From: Bacilli bacterium | GTDB lineage: Bacteria; Bacillota_I; Bacilli_A; RFN20; CAG-826 | NCBI GenBank assembly: GCA_041669265.1 | Contig: JBAYBM010000005.1 | Span: 1,444-65,443, forward strand | Direction of reading: 5' to 3' | Length of the DNA: 64,000 bases | Part shown: piece after piece, positions 27,721-37,832 of the stretch | Layout: every line of letters starts with the position of its first letter | How positions within the stretch are numbered: position 1 is the first letter of the stretch | Position numbers and translations under genes: made by a program | Notes under the pieces: model-generated | What the model saw: the letters and a program-made list of their open reading frames with translations, nothing else | Told to the model about the DNA's origin: nothing | Database searches by the model: none

Positions 27721-28010
27721 CTAAAAATAATAACGTTAAAATAAATTAATAAAAATACTAATAAACATTGTAATACCGTATATACTATTCCCCAAATAAG
27801 GAATAAATGTTTTTCATCATCAAGTCTTACGTCACTATATACATTATATAATAATAAAATAGGCCCACCGAAAAATATAGCGCTAGCTAATATTTCACCT
27901 TTTTTAAACCCTTCACCATTATTTCTTAATCTTCTTATATGATTGATCATAATAAGATAATTAATTAATAAACCGAAGACAATAATTACTACTAAAATGT
28001 AAAAGTTCAT
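27717..28010 (-). CDS. small membrane protein (3 TM), hypothetical
   Basis: 97-aa hydrophobic ORF with no obvious SD. It overlaps the convergent gene end by 4 nt. Confidence 0.35.
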   Translation of the reverse strand: MNFYILVVIIVFGLLINYLIMINHIRRLRNNGEGFKKGEILASAIFFGGPILLLYNVYSDVRLDDEKHLFLIWGIVYTVLQCLLVFLLIYFNVIIFS

Positions 28011-28022
28011 ATTTTTTAATAA

Positions 28023-28047
28023 AAGGAAGGAGTATTGCTCCTTCCTT
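28023..28047 (-). terminator. terminator of the sugar ABC operon
   Basis: AAGGAAGGAG-TATTG-CTCCTTCCTT, followed by TTTTATT on the minus strand. Confidence 0.7.
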
Positions 28048-28066
28048 ATTCCTTTTTAAAATTAAA

Positions 28067-29725
28067 TTATTTTCTCTTAATATATTTTAAGGAGTCTAAG
28101 CAAACAGCTGCCATAATTATAACACCCTTGAAGATATATTGAACGTTAACATCAAATCCAAGGTTACTTAAACAATAAGTCATACCTGCGAAAATGATTG
28201 TACCAATGACTGCTCCCTTAACTTTACCAACACCACCAGAGAAGGAAATACCACCGATAACACATGCCGCAATAGCATCAAGTTCAGTACCGAATGCTGT
28301 ATTTGGATTAGCAACACCAACTCTTGCGCCTTCTAAGAATCCGCCTAAGCCATAAAGAATACCAGCCATAACGAAGATTCCCATTGTTACTTTGAAAACA
28401 GAAATACCACTAACACTAGCAGCTTCACTATTTCCACCAACAGCATACATATATTTACCAAACTTAGTCTTATTCCAAATAAACCATACAATTAACGTAG
28501 CAACAGCAGCAAAGATAATTAAGTTAATATTGCTATCACCTGTAATCAATTTCTTAATATCAAGATTCATATTGAAAGCAGGAACTGTACTATAGAAAAT
28601 CATCATAATACCAAATATCAATAATTGAGTAGACAAGGTAGTAATGAATGGATGCATTTTGAATTTAGCAGTAAAGAAACCAGCAATTGATGAGAAGAAT
28701 ACACAAACAATAATACATACTAGAATTGCAATAAAGATTCTTCCACCCCATCCCATCCAAGTAACATCAATCGTTCCACCAAAATTATCTGTATATAAAG
28801 TGTTAGACAAGAATAAACAAGCAAATGATGCTGCCATACCTGTCATACGACCAATAGATAAATCGGTACCAGCAATCAGAATTAATCCTGCAACACCAAG
28901 TGAGAAGAATAATTTCGTTGATGATTGAGATAAAATACCAAGAATGTTCTTCCAACTTAATAAGTTACCGCCATCTTGTATTGACTTAATAATACAAACT
29001 GCAAAGAAGATAACAATAATGAAATAAAGAGCATTTCTTAAGAAGTAATCCTTAAATACAAAGTTATAAGCATATGTTTTTGATTTGTATTCCAACGCTT
29101 CTTTAATAGAATGATGTGAATTTCTTACTTTTCCTTCATAACCATATTTTTCAAGATAAACATTATAGTTTTTAGTTTTTGCTTTATCGATTGCATCATT
29201 TCTATCTGAACGAGCTTCACTACATCTTGAATTGAAAAGAATTTTTTCAGCTTTTAAATCTGTTTTATGAGCTTGAATTTCCTCTTTAGTAGCATTTTCT
29301 GGTAAAACAAGCTTTGTTAAACGAGCTTGATGATCAGTTCTTTCTTTTTCAATTCTTTGAGAATATGTAGTTTTTGCTTCAGCAATAGCTGCTTTTTTTG
29401 TTTCTTTTGAAGAAGCATATACTTTTTTACCAGCAACTTCTGCCTTAGCAGTTGATTCTTTAATAATTTTATTTACTTTTTCTTTATTTTTTACGAGTAC
29501 TTTCTTAGCTTCTTCAATTAGAGTTTTATCTTTAAGAATAATCTTATTTTTCGTATCCTTATCAATTTGCTTATTAAGCTTAATGTCTCTAATTTCATTA
29601 CGAAGAGCGATTATTTTATTTTCTCCTTCTTGTCTTAATTCTTGTAATTTATCTAAATAAGAATCAAAAGCAGGAGTCTCGAAAGTGCCTTTTTCTGAAA
29701 TATCAGATTTAATTGTTTTTTCCAT
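28067..29725 (-). CDS. sugar ABC permease (RbsC/MglC type) with ~225-aa charged N-terminal extension
   Basis: The C-terminal ~330 aa form a polytopic BPD_transp_2-type permease. The N-terminal K/E-rich, coiled-coil-like region has no TM segment. Confidence 0.8.
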   Translation of the reverse strand: MEKTIKSDISEKGTFETPAFDSYLDKLQELRQEGENKIIALRNEIRDIKLNKQIDKDTKNKIILKDKTLIEEAKKVLVKNKEKVNKIIKESTAKAEVAGKKVYASSKETKKAAIAEAKTTYSQRIEKERTDHQARLTKLVLPENATKEEIQAHKTDLKAEKILFNSRCSEARSDRNDAIDKAKTKNYNVYLEKYGYEGKVRNSHHSIKEALEYKSKTYAYNFVFKDYFLRNALYFIIVIFFAVCIIKSIQDGGNLLSWKNILGILSQSSTKLFFSLGVAGLILIAGTDLSIGRMTGMAASFACLFLSNTLYTDNFGGTIDVTWMGWGGRIFIAILVCIIVCVFFSSIAGFFTAKFKMHPFITTLSTQLLIFGIMMIFYSTVPAFNMNLDIKKLITGDSNINLIIFAAVATLIVWFIWNKTKFGKYMYAVGGNSEAASVSGISVFKVTMGIFVMAGILYGLGGFLEGARVGVANPNTAFGTELDAIAACVIGGISFSGGVGKVKGAVIGTIIFAGMTYCLSNLGFDVNVQYIFKGVIIMAAVCLDSLKYIKRK

Positions 29726-29737
29726 TTTTTAGGCCTC

Positions 29738-31237
29738 CTATAAATTTTTAGCACAGAGTCTTAATAATTCTTCTTGGTTGGTATCTTTTGTATTTACAAT
29801 ACCAGCAACTCTGTAATTTGACATAACTACAATTCGATTCGTAACACCAAGAATTTCAGGCATTTCACTTGAGACCATGATAATGCTTTTCCCTTCATTT
29901 GCTAAACGAATCATTGTTTCATAAATTTGATATTTTGCCATAATATCAATACCACGGGTAGGTTCATCCATTAAGAAGAGATCTGGTTGTCTTTCAAGCC
30001 ACTTACCAACAATAACTTTTTGTTGATTACCACCACTTAAGGATTTAATTAAGTCTTTCCTACCATTACATTTAACATTAGTAAGAGCAATTTCTTTATC
30101 CGTTGCTTTTTTCATTTCTGAATCAGAAAGAATTCCACCTTTTTTATACTTGTCTAAATTAGTAATACAAGTATTAAAGACTAAGTCTCCGAAATAATAA
30201 ATTCCATTAACTTTTCTTTCTTCAGTAATAAAAGCAAAGTTTGTATCCATTGCTTCTTTTGTATTTTTAAAAGAAATTCTTTTTCCTTTATATACAATTT
30301 CACCTTCACTCATTGTTCGAGCACCAAAAAGTGTTTCAAGTAATTCACTTCTTCCAGCTCCAACTAGACCATATATACCAAGAATTTCACCTTTTTTGAG
30401 TTCAAAAGAAATATCTTTTAAATGAGGTGTATATTTTGTACATAGATTTTTAACTTTTAAGATAACTTCACCTGGTTTATTAGTTAATGGTGGGAATCGA
30501 TTATCTAGTGATCTACCAACCATTGCTTTAACTAATTCATCAAGGTTTGTATCTTTAACATGTTTATCAAGAGTAACAGCTCCATCACGAAGAATAACGA
30601 CATCATCGCATAAATCAAAAATTTCATCCATCTTATGTGAGATGAAAATAAAACTGATATTTTTCTTCGCTTTTAAGTCACGTATAATCTTAAATAATTT
30701 CTTAACTTCACGTTCTGATAAAGAACTTGTAGGTTCATCAAGAACAATAATTTTGGAATTGTAACTAACGGCTTTTGCAATTTCAACCATTTGTCTTTGA
30801 GAAACGGACATCGTTCTCATAATGGTTTTTGGATTTACATCCATGTCCAAGTCAGCAAAAATTTGCTTACATTTCGCAAGCATAACTCCTTCGTTTACTA
30901 ATCCACATGAACCAATATAACGCCCTAAGAACATATTATCTAAGACAGTACGATCAAGACATTGATTTAACTCTTGGTGAACCATTGCGATTCCATTCTC
31001 TAGAGCCTCCTTAGGACCTGAGAAAGAAACAGCCTTTCCATCAAGAATTACAGAACCAGCATCCATTCCATAGATTCCGAATAAACACTTCATCATTGTC
31101 GATTTTCCTGCACCGTTTTCACCCATTAAACCAAGAATAGTTGCTGGTTTAACATTAAGTGAAATGTTCTTTAAAACTTGATTCTTACCGAAGGACTTAG
31201 ATAAACCATTGATTTCAAGAATATATTTTTCTTTCAT
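29738..31237 (-). CDS. sugar ABC ATP-binding protein, duplicated cassette (RbsA/MglA type)
   Basis: GENGAGKST / VSQRQMVEIAKA / IVLDEPT in the first cassette, and GLVGAGRSE / LSGGNQQKV / LFLMDEPT in the second. Confidence 0.9.
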   Translation of the reverse strand: MKEKYILEINGLSKSFGKNQVLKNISLNVKPATILGLMGENGAGKSTMMKCLFGIYGMDAGSVILDGKAVSFSGPKEALENGIAMVHQELNQCLDRTVLDNMFLGRYIGSCGLVNEGVMLAKCKQIFADLDMDVNPKTIMRTMSVSQRQMVEIAKAVSYNSKIIVLDEPTSSLSEREVKKLFKIIRDLKAKKNISFIFISHKMDEIFDLCDDVVILRDGAVTLDKHVKDTNLDELVKAMVGRSLDNRFPPLTNKPGEVILKVKNLCTKYTPHLKDISFELKKGEILGIYGLVGAGRSELLETLFGARTMSEGEIVYKGKRISFKNTKEAMDTNFAFITEERKVNGIYYFGDLVFNTCITNLDKYKKGGILSDSEMKKATDKEIALTNVKCNGRKDLIKSLSGGNQQKVIVGKWLERQPDLFLMDEPTRGIDIMAKYQIYETMIRLANEGKSIIMVSSEMPEILGVTNRIVVMSNYRVAGIVNTKDTNQEELLRLCAKNL

Positions 31238-31274
31238 ATTTATCCTTCCTTTAAAAATACAACTAATTTAAGAG

Positions 31275-31306
31275 TTGAGGCCCATTTCTTACGTCATGGG
31301 CCTCAA
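31275..31306 (-). promoter_or_regulatory. intercistronic 11-bp stem-loop after the binding-protein gene
   Basis: TTGAGGCCCAT-N10-ATGGGCCTCAA. The T-run is on the + strand (antisense) side. Confidence 0.6.
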
Positions 31307-31327
31307 TTTTAGATTTTATTTTATTAT

Positions 31328-32572
31328 TTATTTAGCAGCGTCTTTTAACCAATCGACGATCATTTGACCTTGCATTGTACCACCTTGAATTGCATCGAAT
31401 CCAACGTAGTAAATGTATTTAAATCTCTTATCGTGCATTGTGGTTGAATCAACTGTACCATCAGCATTTGTTCCTTGTCTGTTCCAGAAGATTACTGGTA
31501 CAGATGTTGGGTTAGCTTCAGTTGCACCTGTTTTAGTAGCAATCATTTCAAGATAGTTAGCAGTACTTGTAGTCTTAATCATATTGATAATGTATGCTTT
31601 ATAATCATTATCAGCAGACTCTAACTTATCACTAACTGTATTTTCTGAGTTGCCATCACCTTGTAAGGCTGTAACATCAAGATTGAATGTATCTTTGTAG
31701 ATGTTGAATAATGGAGCCATATTACTATTAAGGAATGTATCACTTTGTGAATAGTATGACATCCAAACTTTTGCTTTATCAGTTGTTCCTTTAGTAACCT
31801 TGCTATCAATTAAATCAGCTGGTTCTTTTCCTAAATATGAACTGACATTATCTTTTGTAATTGCGAAGTTATCAACGAGCATTGAACCGTTTGTTTCGTT
31901 TAAGGTGTAATTAGAAGAAATTTGTCCATAACCTTTACTATTTGCGGTTGAGAATCCTTCACTTGTAACTTTGTCTGTACCTAAATCATCAATACAGTTA
32001 CGGGCAAGCATGAAGATACCTGCGGCTTGAGCACTTGCGTTTTGGTTGATTGTTCCCATTGTTTTACCATCTGCAATGTATTGGAGCATATCAGCGTTGC
32101 TATCATAACCGAAGATTGGTAAACCATCAATCCAGTTTGAAGCACCAATTGCACCGACAGCCATACCATCGTTATTACTAACGAAGAAATCGATATCACT
32201 GTGCTTATTTAACCAAGTTTCAGTGGTATTGGTTGCAGTTTGTTGATCCCAAGTTGCACCACCAGTGTTCTTTTGTTCAGCATGTTCAGCTTCAATAACG
32301 GTGTATGATTTTCCGCCAATTGTAAGTTTGCCTTCTACTGGATCTTCAGTATTAGCATTTGTTTTTACTGTACCACGTGTGCCTAATGCATCACGAATAC
32401 CTGCGGTACGAGCAGCACTGTCGTTGTGATCAATTTGTCCGATTAATAAACAGTACTTTAAAACACCATCACTACTTGCACTACTCCAACTCCAGCTTGA
32501 TGCTTCTCCACAAGAAGCTAAGACTGTGGCTGTAAGAGCTAATGCTACAAAAGGAATTATTCTTTTTTTCAT
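31328..32572 (-). CDS. sugar-binding lipoprotein (type-I periplasmic binding fold, MglB/ChvE-like)
   Basis: Lipobox LASC. The VSNNDGMAVGAI motif matches the (A/S)NND.MA.GA motif of MglB/RbsB-type proteins. 414 aa. Confidence 0.75.
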   Translation of the reverse strand: MKKRIIPFVALALTATVLASCGEASSWSWSSASSDGVLKYCLLIGQIDHNDSAARTAGIRDALGTRGTVKTNANTEDPVEGKLTIGGKSYTVIEAEHAEQKNTGGATWDQQTATNTTETWLNKHSDIDFFVSNNDGMAVGAIGASNWIDGLPIFGYDSNADMLQYIADGKTMGTINQNASAQAAGIFMLARNCIDDLGTDKVTSEGFSTANSKGYGQISSNYTLNETNGSMLVDNFAITKDNVSSYLGKEPADLIDSKVTKGTTDKAKVWMSYYSQSDTFLNSNMAPLFNIYKDTFNLDVTALQGDGNSENTVSDKLESADNDYKAYIINMIKTTSTANYLEMIATKTGATEANPTSVPVIFWNRQGTNADGTVDSTTMHDKRFKYIYYVGFDAIQGGTMQGQMIVDWLKDAAK

Positions 32573-32669
32573 AATTTAAAATTACCTCCTATAATTCCAA
32601 GACAGAGAGTAAATTATTTATTTTGTTCGATACGACTTTTTTAAACAATTTCTCTCAATTGTCATGATT

Positions 32670-32698
32670 ATTATAGATGTAACCGCTTTCATAAAAGA
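32670..32698 (-). promoter_or_regulatory. promoter with embedded cre box for the sugar ABC operon
   Basis: Minus strand has TATAAT (32675-32670). TGAAAGCGGTTACA (32678-32691) matches TGWAANCGNTNWCA and sits immediately upstream in the spacer. The -35 (TCTTTT) is poor. Confidence 0.55.
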
Positions 32699-32756
32699 AT
32701 TGAGAAATCTCTAATAATAATGTAATTTTTTACAATTTAAATATTTTCGTAGATTT

Positions 32757-33758
32757 TTATATATCTTTAATAGTTATCTTAGTTTCGTCTATATAAATAC
32801 GATTGCCATCGCTAAATTCATATGGGAAATCTTTAAAGTCTTTATTGTTTATTTGATAATCGAGTAAAGTTTTTATAGCAGTTGCTTGTCCTTCAGCGTC
32901 ATTTAATACAGTTCCAGAAAGATACCCATCTCTAATTGCACGTCGACCAACATCAGTAGCATCAACACCAAATATTGAGAATATTTGTTCACTATTATCT
33001 ACTCCACTTTTAAAAGCTCCAACATTCAATAAATAATCAATAGCTCCTAAAGCCATATCATCATTATTAGATAATACAAGTTCAATAGAATCTTCATATT
33101 CCTTATATTGTTTTTCCATTGCATCATAACCTTCAAGTCGATTCCAATTTGCAGTTTCTACTGATAAAACTTCAATATTATAACCAAGTTCTTTTAAGTG
33201 ACTAGTACAATATTTTGTTCGTAATTCTGCATCTTGGTGTCCATTTTCGCCCTTTATTATGACTAATTGGATGATATTATCACCATTTTTATCATAATGA
33301 GCATTTAAACTTGATGGAGTTCCAAATAAATCTGCAGCCATATCAGCTTGATAAATACCAGCAAGTTCTGCACTTGTTCCAACATAATAAACATTATCCT
33401 TATTATATATATCTTCTTCTAATGGCTCTCTATTAAAAAATATTAAAGGTATATTTGATAATTGGCATTTTTCTACTATAGCACTACTTGCTAATCTATC
33501 TACAGTATTAACTAATAAATAATTATAACTATTATTTATTGAATCTAAGATTTGTTCATTTTGTGTCACTTGAGATTCTGAAGCATCAAAAACTTTATAT
33601 TCATAATCATCCATTTTGTTCTTCAAATAATAAGTTAATTCAGAAATAAAAGTATCGGTTCCACTATAAATATAAATACCAATCTTATTGGATTGTTCTC
33701 CACAACTTGTTAAGCACAAACTTGCTAATGTTAATATTAATAGTTTAGATTTTTTCAT
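32757..33758 (-). CDS. sugar-binding-protein-like lipoprotein, probable sensor co-receptor
   Basis: Lipobox LTSC and LSNNDDMALGAIDYL (type-I PBP motif). It is encoded in the HK/RR operon rather than with the transporter. Confidence 0.7.
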   Translation of the reverse strand: MKKSKLLILTLASLCLTSCGEQSNKIGIYIYSGTDTFISELTYYLKNKMDDYEYKVFDASESQVTQNEQILDSINNSYNYLLVNTVDRLASSAIVEKCQLSNIPLIFFNREPLEEDIYNKDNVYYVGTSAELAGIYQADMAADLFGTPSSLNAHYDKNGDNIIQLVIIKGENGHQDAELRTKYCTSHLKELGYNIEVLSVETANWNRLEGYDAMEKQYKEYEDSIELVLSNNDDMALGAIDYLLNVGAFKSGVDNSEQIFSIFGVDATDVGRRAIRDGYLSGTVLNDAEGQATAIKTLLDYQINNKDFKDFPYEFSDGNRIYIDETKITIKDI

Positions 33759-33787
33759 ATATATCCTTATATTTTTACATATAGTTA

Positions 33788-35512
33788 TTAAATAACTTCC
33801 TTATTAGAAACACCTTCAATTGGTATTAATAAAATTATTGTAGTACCAACATCTAAATCACTATGAATTTCTAAGTCTGCTCTATTTCCATAATATATCT
33901 TTAGTCTTTGATATACATTTTTTAATCCAACGCCATTATAAACTTCTGGATCATCAAATGACTTTTTAATTTCATTTATTTTACTTTCAGTTATTCCATA
34001 TCCATTATCTTTGACGCTTAATTTTAAGAAACCATTTTCTTCATAACAATTAACTTCAATCAATCCATTCTCTTTATCTTTAATACCATGATAAATAGCA
34101 TTTTCTACAATTGGTTGAAGAATTAATTTAATAACCGCATATTGTAAACAGTTTTTATCCGCTTTAATTTCATATTTAAAGGCATCTTTATAACGCATTT
34201 TTTGAATAATTAAATAATTTTTAATGTGTTCAATTTCACTCTCAAGAGGTATGATTGTTCTTCCTTTTGAAATTGATATTCTAAAAAATTTAGAAAGAGC
34301 TAAAACAATCGTTTGAGCATCATCATTTTTTCCTTCATCAATAAGATAGATTATTGAGTCAAGAGTATTATAAAGAAAATGAGGATTAATTTGATTAGTT
34401 AAAGCCTTAAATTCTGATTTACGTTGATTAGTTTGTTCTTCGACAACGTTATTCATAAGTTTTTTAATTTGTTCCATCATTGCATTATAAGATTCATTTA
34501 AATCTTGAACTTCTGTAGAACCTTTAATCTTTACTGGAACATAATTTAAATAATCACTATTACGAACTTTATTCATCGCACTTTGTAATTTACGAAGTGG
34601 TTGAGTTGTTGAACGAACAGTAAAAATAAGTAAAATACTAACAGCAATAAAAACAATAACTGCCAATATAATCGCAGTAAAAATAAATTTATTAATTAAA
34701 GAACGGACACTATCAACATTAGAAAATACAGCAACTCTCCAAGTTGTATTAGAAATTGTATATTGAGTAATAACAAATTCACTACTATCAATTGTAGCTC
34801 TATGAGTACCTAAAACATTATTTTCAAGTAATGTAATTTCATCATTACTATATTCAGAACTAGATGTATAAACTAAATTATAATTCTTATCATAAATAAC
34901 AATATGCCCATTGGTTCCTAAATCAACTTTATAAATAGAATTAACAATGGAAGTAAAATCTAAATCCATACGCATAATACATTTTCTTTCTCCTTTATTA
35001 GATTCTCCATATCGAGAAAGAATAATATTATAAGTGTCTCCACTATAAGTAACTGGAGAGAAGTTATCAATTAATTGATTATTTTTAGCAGATTTAAACC
35101 ATTCTTCATCTATTTTTACATTTTCTTTAGAGTTTTTACTATCGCCAACTATATATGTGCCATCTAAATCATAAACACTAATATTGCTAATTTCAGTTTT
35201 GATAGAAATAACATTGTCAAAATATGCAGTAAATGTATCTTTAGAAGAATAAATATCTTTTTCATTATATATTTCATCTTGTATTAAATAACTGACATTA
35301 CTTATATTTTTAAAATATGTTTCATAATTAAATAATACTTGTTCACTTAATATAGTATTTTGATTTAAAGCATTTTCATTAACATAGTTTGAATAACTTA
35401 TAATGGTAGAACTAATAACTCCAACTGTAAAAGCAACTAAAATAACAAGGCAAATAGCGATTAATTTAAAACTTAATGTATTTATGAATCTTTTATTTTT
35501 TTCTATATTCAA
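33788..35512 (-). CDS. sensor histidine kinase, YesM/LytS class (Cache-like, HAMP, PF06580-type His kinase, HATPase)
   Basis: 2 TM flank a ~260-aa extracellular domain. NQINPHFLYNTLDSI H-box and GYGI..NGVGLKNV ATPase motifs. Confidence 0.85.
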   Translation of the reverse strand: MNIEKNKRFINTLSFKLIAICLVILVAFTVGVISSTIISYSNYVNENALNQNTILSEQVLFNYETYFKNISNVSYLIQDEIYNEKDIYSSKDTFTAYFDNVISIKTEISNISVYDLDGTYIVGDSKNSKENVKIDEEWFKSAKNNQLIDNFSPVTYSGDTYNIILSRYGESNKGERKCIMRMDLDFTSIVNSIYKVDLGTNGHIVIYDKNYNLVYTSSSEYSNDEITLLENNVLGTHRATIDSSEFVITQYTISNTTWRVAVFSNVDSVRSLINKFIFTAIILAVIVFIAVSILLIFTVRSTTQPLRKLQSAMNKVRNSDYLNYVPVKIKGSTEVQDLNESYNAMMEQIKKLMNNVVEEQTNQRKSEFKALTNQINPHFLYNTLDSIIYLIDEGKNDDAQTIVLALSKFFRISISKGRTIIPLESEIEHIKNYLIIQKMRYKDAFKYEIKADKNCLQYAVIKLILQPIVENAIYHGIKDKENGLIEVNCYEENGFLKLSVKDNGYGITESKINEIKKSFDDPEVYNGVGLKNVYQRLKIYYGNRADLEIHSDLDVGTTIILLIPIEGVSNKEVI

Positions 35513-37073
35513 GTGGGCTTACTCCAAAATATTTTTTAAAACAATGTGAGAAATAATATGGATCACGATATCCTACCATTTCAGAAATATTAACAATCTT
35601 ATTATTTGGATCAATTAATAATTCTTTTGCGTGTTCCATTCTTACACTCATTAAGTATTTAGTAAATGTTTTATCATCTCTTTTAAGTAATAAAGATATA
35701 TAAGAAACACTATAATTTAAACTGCCAGATAATGTTTCTAAAGATAAATCAGGATCAGTATAATTAGTTTCAATATAGAGTAATATTTGTTTTAAACAAG
35801 TTTCAACTCCACCTGCCCTTGTAGTTTCATTAACTTTAGCTATAGCATCGATTAACGAATAATATAAATCTTCTAAACTATCGATATTTTTTGAATTATA
35901 AATCTCTTGGAAAATTTGATTATTATCCATATATGTTTTATATAATTCTTTAAAATTGGTGCAGGATTTGAGTAAGAAATTGGTAATATTACTATTAATA
36001 TAGAAATATGAATCAGCATATTCTGGGTTCTTAATTCTATTTAAAATAGAAGATACTTTATTTTTACAATCATCTATATTTCCATAAGATAAATCATAAG
36101 CAATTGCTTTATATTCGTTATCATCAATTTTACCAATTGAAACTTCTTCTTTTTGAATATCACTGAAAAATAGTACATTATTATTTCCAACAACAGTTCG
36201 ATAAGTTAATGTTCTTGTAGCATGACGAAACATTCTTCTATAGCTTCTATTTGTATCATCTATAGGTTCACTTAAAGCAACAGATAAAGAGACTCCACAA
36301 GTTTTATATATTTTTGAAATTATAGATGCTAATTTTTCTTCAATCTCATCTTTAACAAATTGTTTTTCATTTAAAGCTAAAAATAAAGTTTGATTACTTC
36401 TATTAAAAACATAACATTTATATTGTTTAAGTTCATCTGGAATATATTTATGTAAATATGCCCCTACAATTTCACTTTTTTCGTAACCTATTTTATCTAA
36501 ATCTTCATCAAAATCAAATACTCCTAAAATGCAATATTTTAAAGTTATATCAATTTGATCTGCTTTTAATTTATCTTTAAAATTTTGAGTTAGTTCTTTT
36601 TGAGATAACAATTTACACAAATCGTCTTCTTGAATGAAAGAAAGGTTTGTTTTTGCTTGTTCTTGTAAATCAATAATATTTTTATCAATTGATAGTTCCT
36701 TATCAATTTCATTTTTAGCTTTATACATGGCTTCTTTTAATTCATCAAATGAAATTGGTTTAGAAATATATCCTACTACTTTTAAGTCTATTGCTTGTTT
36801 AGCATAATCAAAAGAATCATATCCTGAAATGATAATAGTTTGTAATAAGGGTAATTCTAATTTTGCTTGTTTTATTAATTCAATACCATCAATATATGGC
36901 ATTTTAATATCTGTAATTAATAGGTCTGGTTGAAGTGTTTCTAATGCTTCAAGAGTATCATATCCATTTTCAAAACTTCCAACAACTTCAAAATCTTTAT
37001 TAAGTTTATTTACTAAAGATAATAATCTTTCACGAACTGCACTCTCATCGTCTGCAATAATTACTCGATACAT
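35493..37073 (-). CDS. response regulator with AraC-type HTH output (YesN class)
   Basis: Receiver domain (IADDE.., LITDIKMP, SKP) plus C-terminal AraC motifs (MVGYRDPYYFSHCFKKYFGVSPLEYR). Confidence 0.9.
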   Translation of the reverse strand: MYRVIIADDESAVRERLLSLVNKLNKDFEVVGSFENGYDTLEALETLQPDLLITDIKMPYIDGIELIKQAKLELPLLQTIIISGYDSFDYAKQAIDLKVVGYISKPISFDELKEAMYKAKNEIDKELSIDKNIIDLQEQAKTNLSFIQEDDLCKLLSQKELTQNFKDKLKADQIDITLKYCILGVFDFDEDLDKIGYEKSEIVGAYLHKYIPDELKQYKCYVFNRSNQTLFLALNEKQFVKDEIEEKLASIISKIYKTCGVSLSVALSEPIDDTNRSYRRMFRHATRTLTYRTVVGNNNVLFFSDIQKEEVSIGKIDDNEYKAIAYDLSYGNIDDCKNKVSSILNRIKNPEYADSYFYINSNITNFLLKSCTNFKELYKTYMDNNQIFQEIYNSKNIDSLEDLYYSLIDAIAKVNETTRAGGVETCLKQILLYIETNYTDPDLSLETLSGSLNYSVSYISLLLKRDDKTFTKYLMSVRMEHAKELLIDPNNKIVNISEMVGYRDPYYFSHCFKKYFGVSPLEYRKK

Positions 37074-37715
37074 TTAATAGCCTCTAATCTCTTTTAATTC
37101 TTTTGCATATAAGAAATATATAACACTAAATCCACAACTTACAAATGAAGCAACTATATTAACTATGAAAGCAAATATTACTAAGGGAGTATATGAAGTA
37201 AGAGCAATAAATGATGAAATTAAACTATATAATGTAAAACCTAAATCAATAAGAGCAAAACACATCATAATTATTCCAAATACAAATAATGTGATTCCAT
37301 AACTCTTTTTTCTATTTTTTGTTTCTAGAATTAAAAATATAAAATAAACAATACCAAGAGCTAATCCTAAAGATGAAATTAATGAAGAAATAATAGCAGT
37401 TGGTCCTGTAGTAATAAAATTTATTGAACCAATTAACAAATTGTAGACGAATGGAAAAACATAATCTGAAATAATTAAAATTAACAACGCTCTATAATTA
37501 AAGAAAAAATTATCTTTTCCTCTAGAAAAACTTGTTGCGACAATAATATAGAAAACTACACTTATTAAATAATTAAGTATTGTATAAATACCTGCACTAT
37601 CCATAGCAATTGTATTATTTATAAATACACCAAACAAAAATTGAATTAATATAATTATTACATTAACAGCACATACAATCGAACCAAAAGTTGATAGAGT
37701 AATTTTCTTTCTCAT
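37074..37715 (-). CDS. polytopic membrane protein (about 6 TM), hypothetical
   Basis: 213-aa hydrophobic ORF. Its stop abuts the RR start codon (37074/37073). Confidence 0.5.
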   Translation of the reverse strand: MRKKITLSTFGSIVCAVNVIIILIQFLFGVFINNTIAMDSAGIYTILNYLISVVFYIIVATSFSRGKDNFFFNYRALLILIISDYVFPFVYNLLIGSINFITTGPTAIISSLISSLGLALGIVYFIFLILETKNRKKSYGITLFVFGIIMMCFALIDLGFTLYSLISSFIALTSYTPLVIFAFIVNIVASFVSCGFSVIYFLYAKELKEIRGY

Positions 37716-37780
37716 ATTAAAATGATAATTTATTTTTATTTATAAAACAACATAAATACTATGTAAAAATAAGCTTTGAA

Positions 37781-37816
37781 ATAAAAAGAGTCAAACCATT
37801 TTTATTGGTTTGACTC
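37781..37816 (-). terminator. rho-independent terminator
   Basis: GAGTCAAACCA-TTTTTAT-TGGTTTGACTC, followed by T5 on the minus strand. Confidence 0.75.
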
Positions 37817-37832
37817 GATATTATTATTTATT

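Noticed and set aside
31621-32199. Two same-strand, out-of-frame ORFs (31621-31809 and 31981-32199) inside the sugar-binding lipoprotein gene. A similar same-strand, out-of-frame ORF (22791-23012) lies inside the orphan binding lipoprotein gene.
   Set aside because: They are alternative frames of a gene with strong PBP1 motifs, and nothing indicates independent translation.
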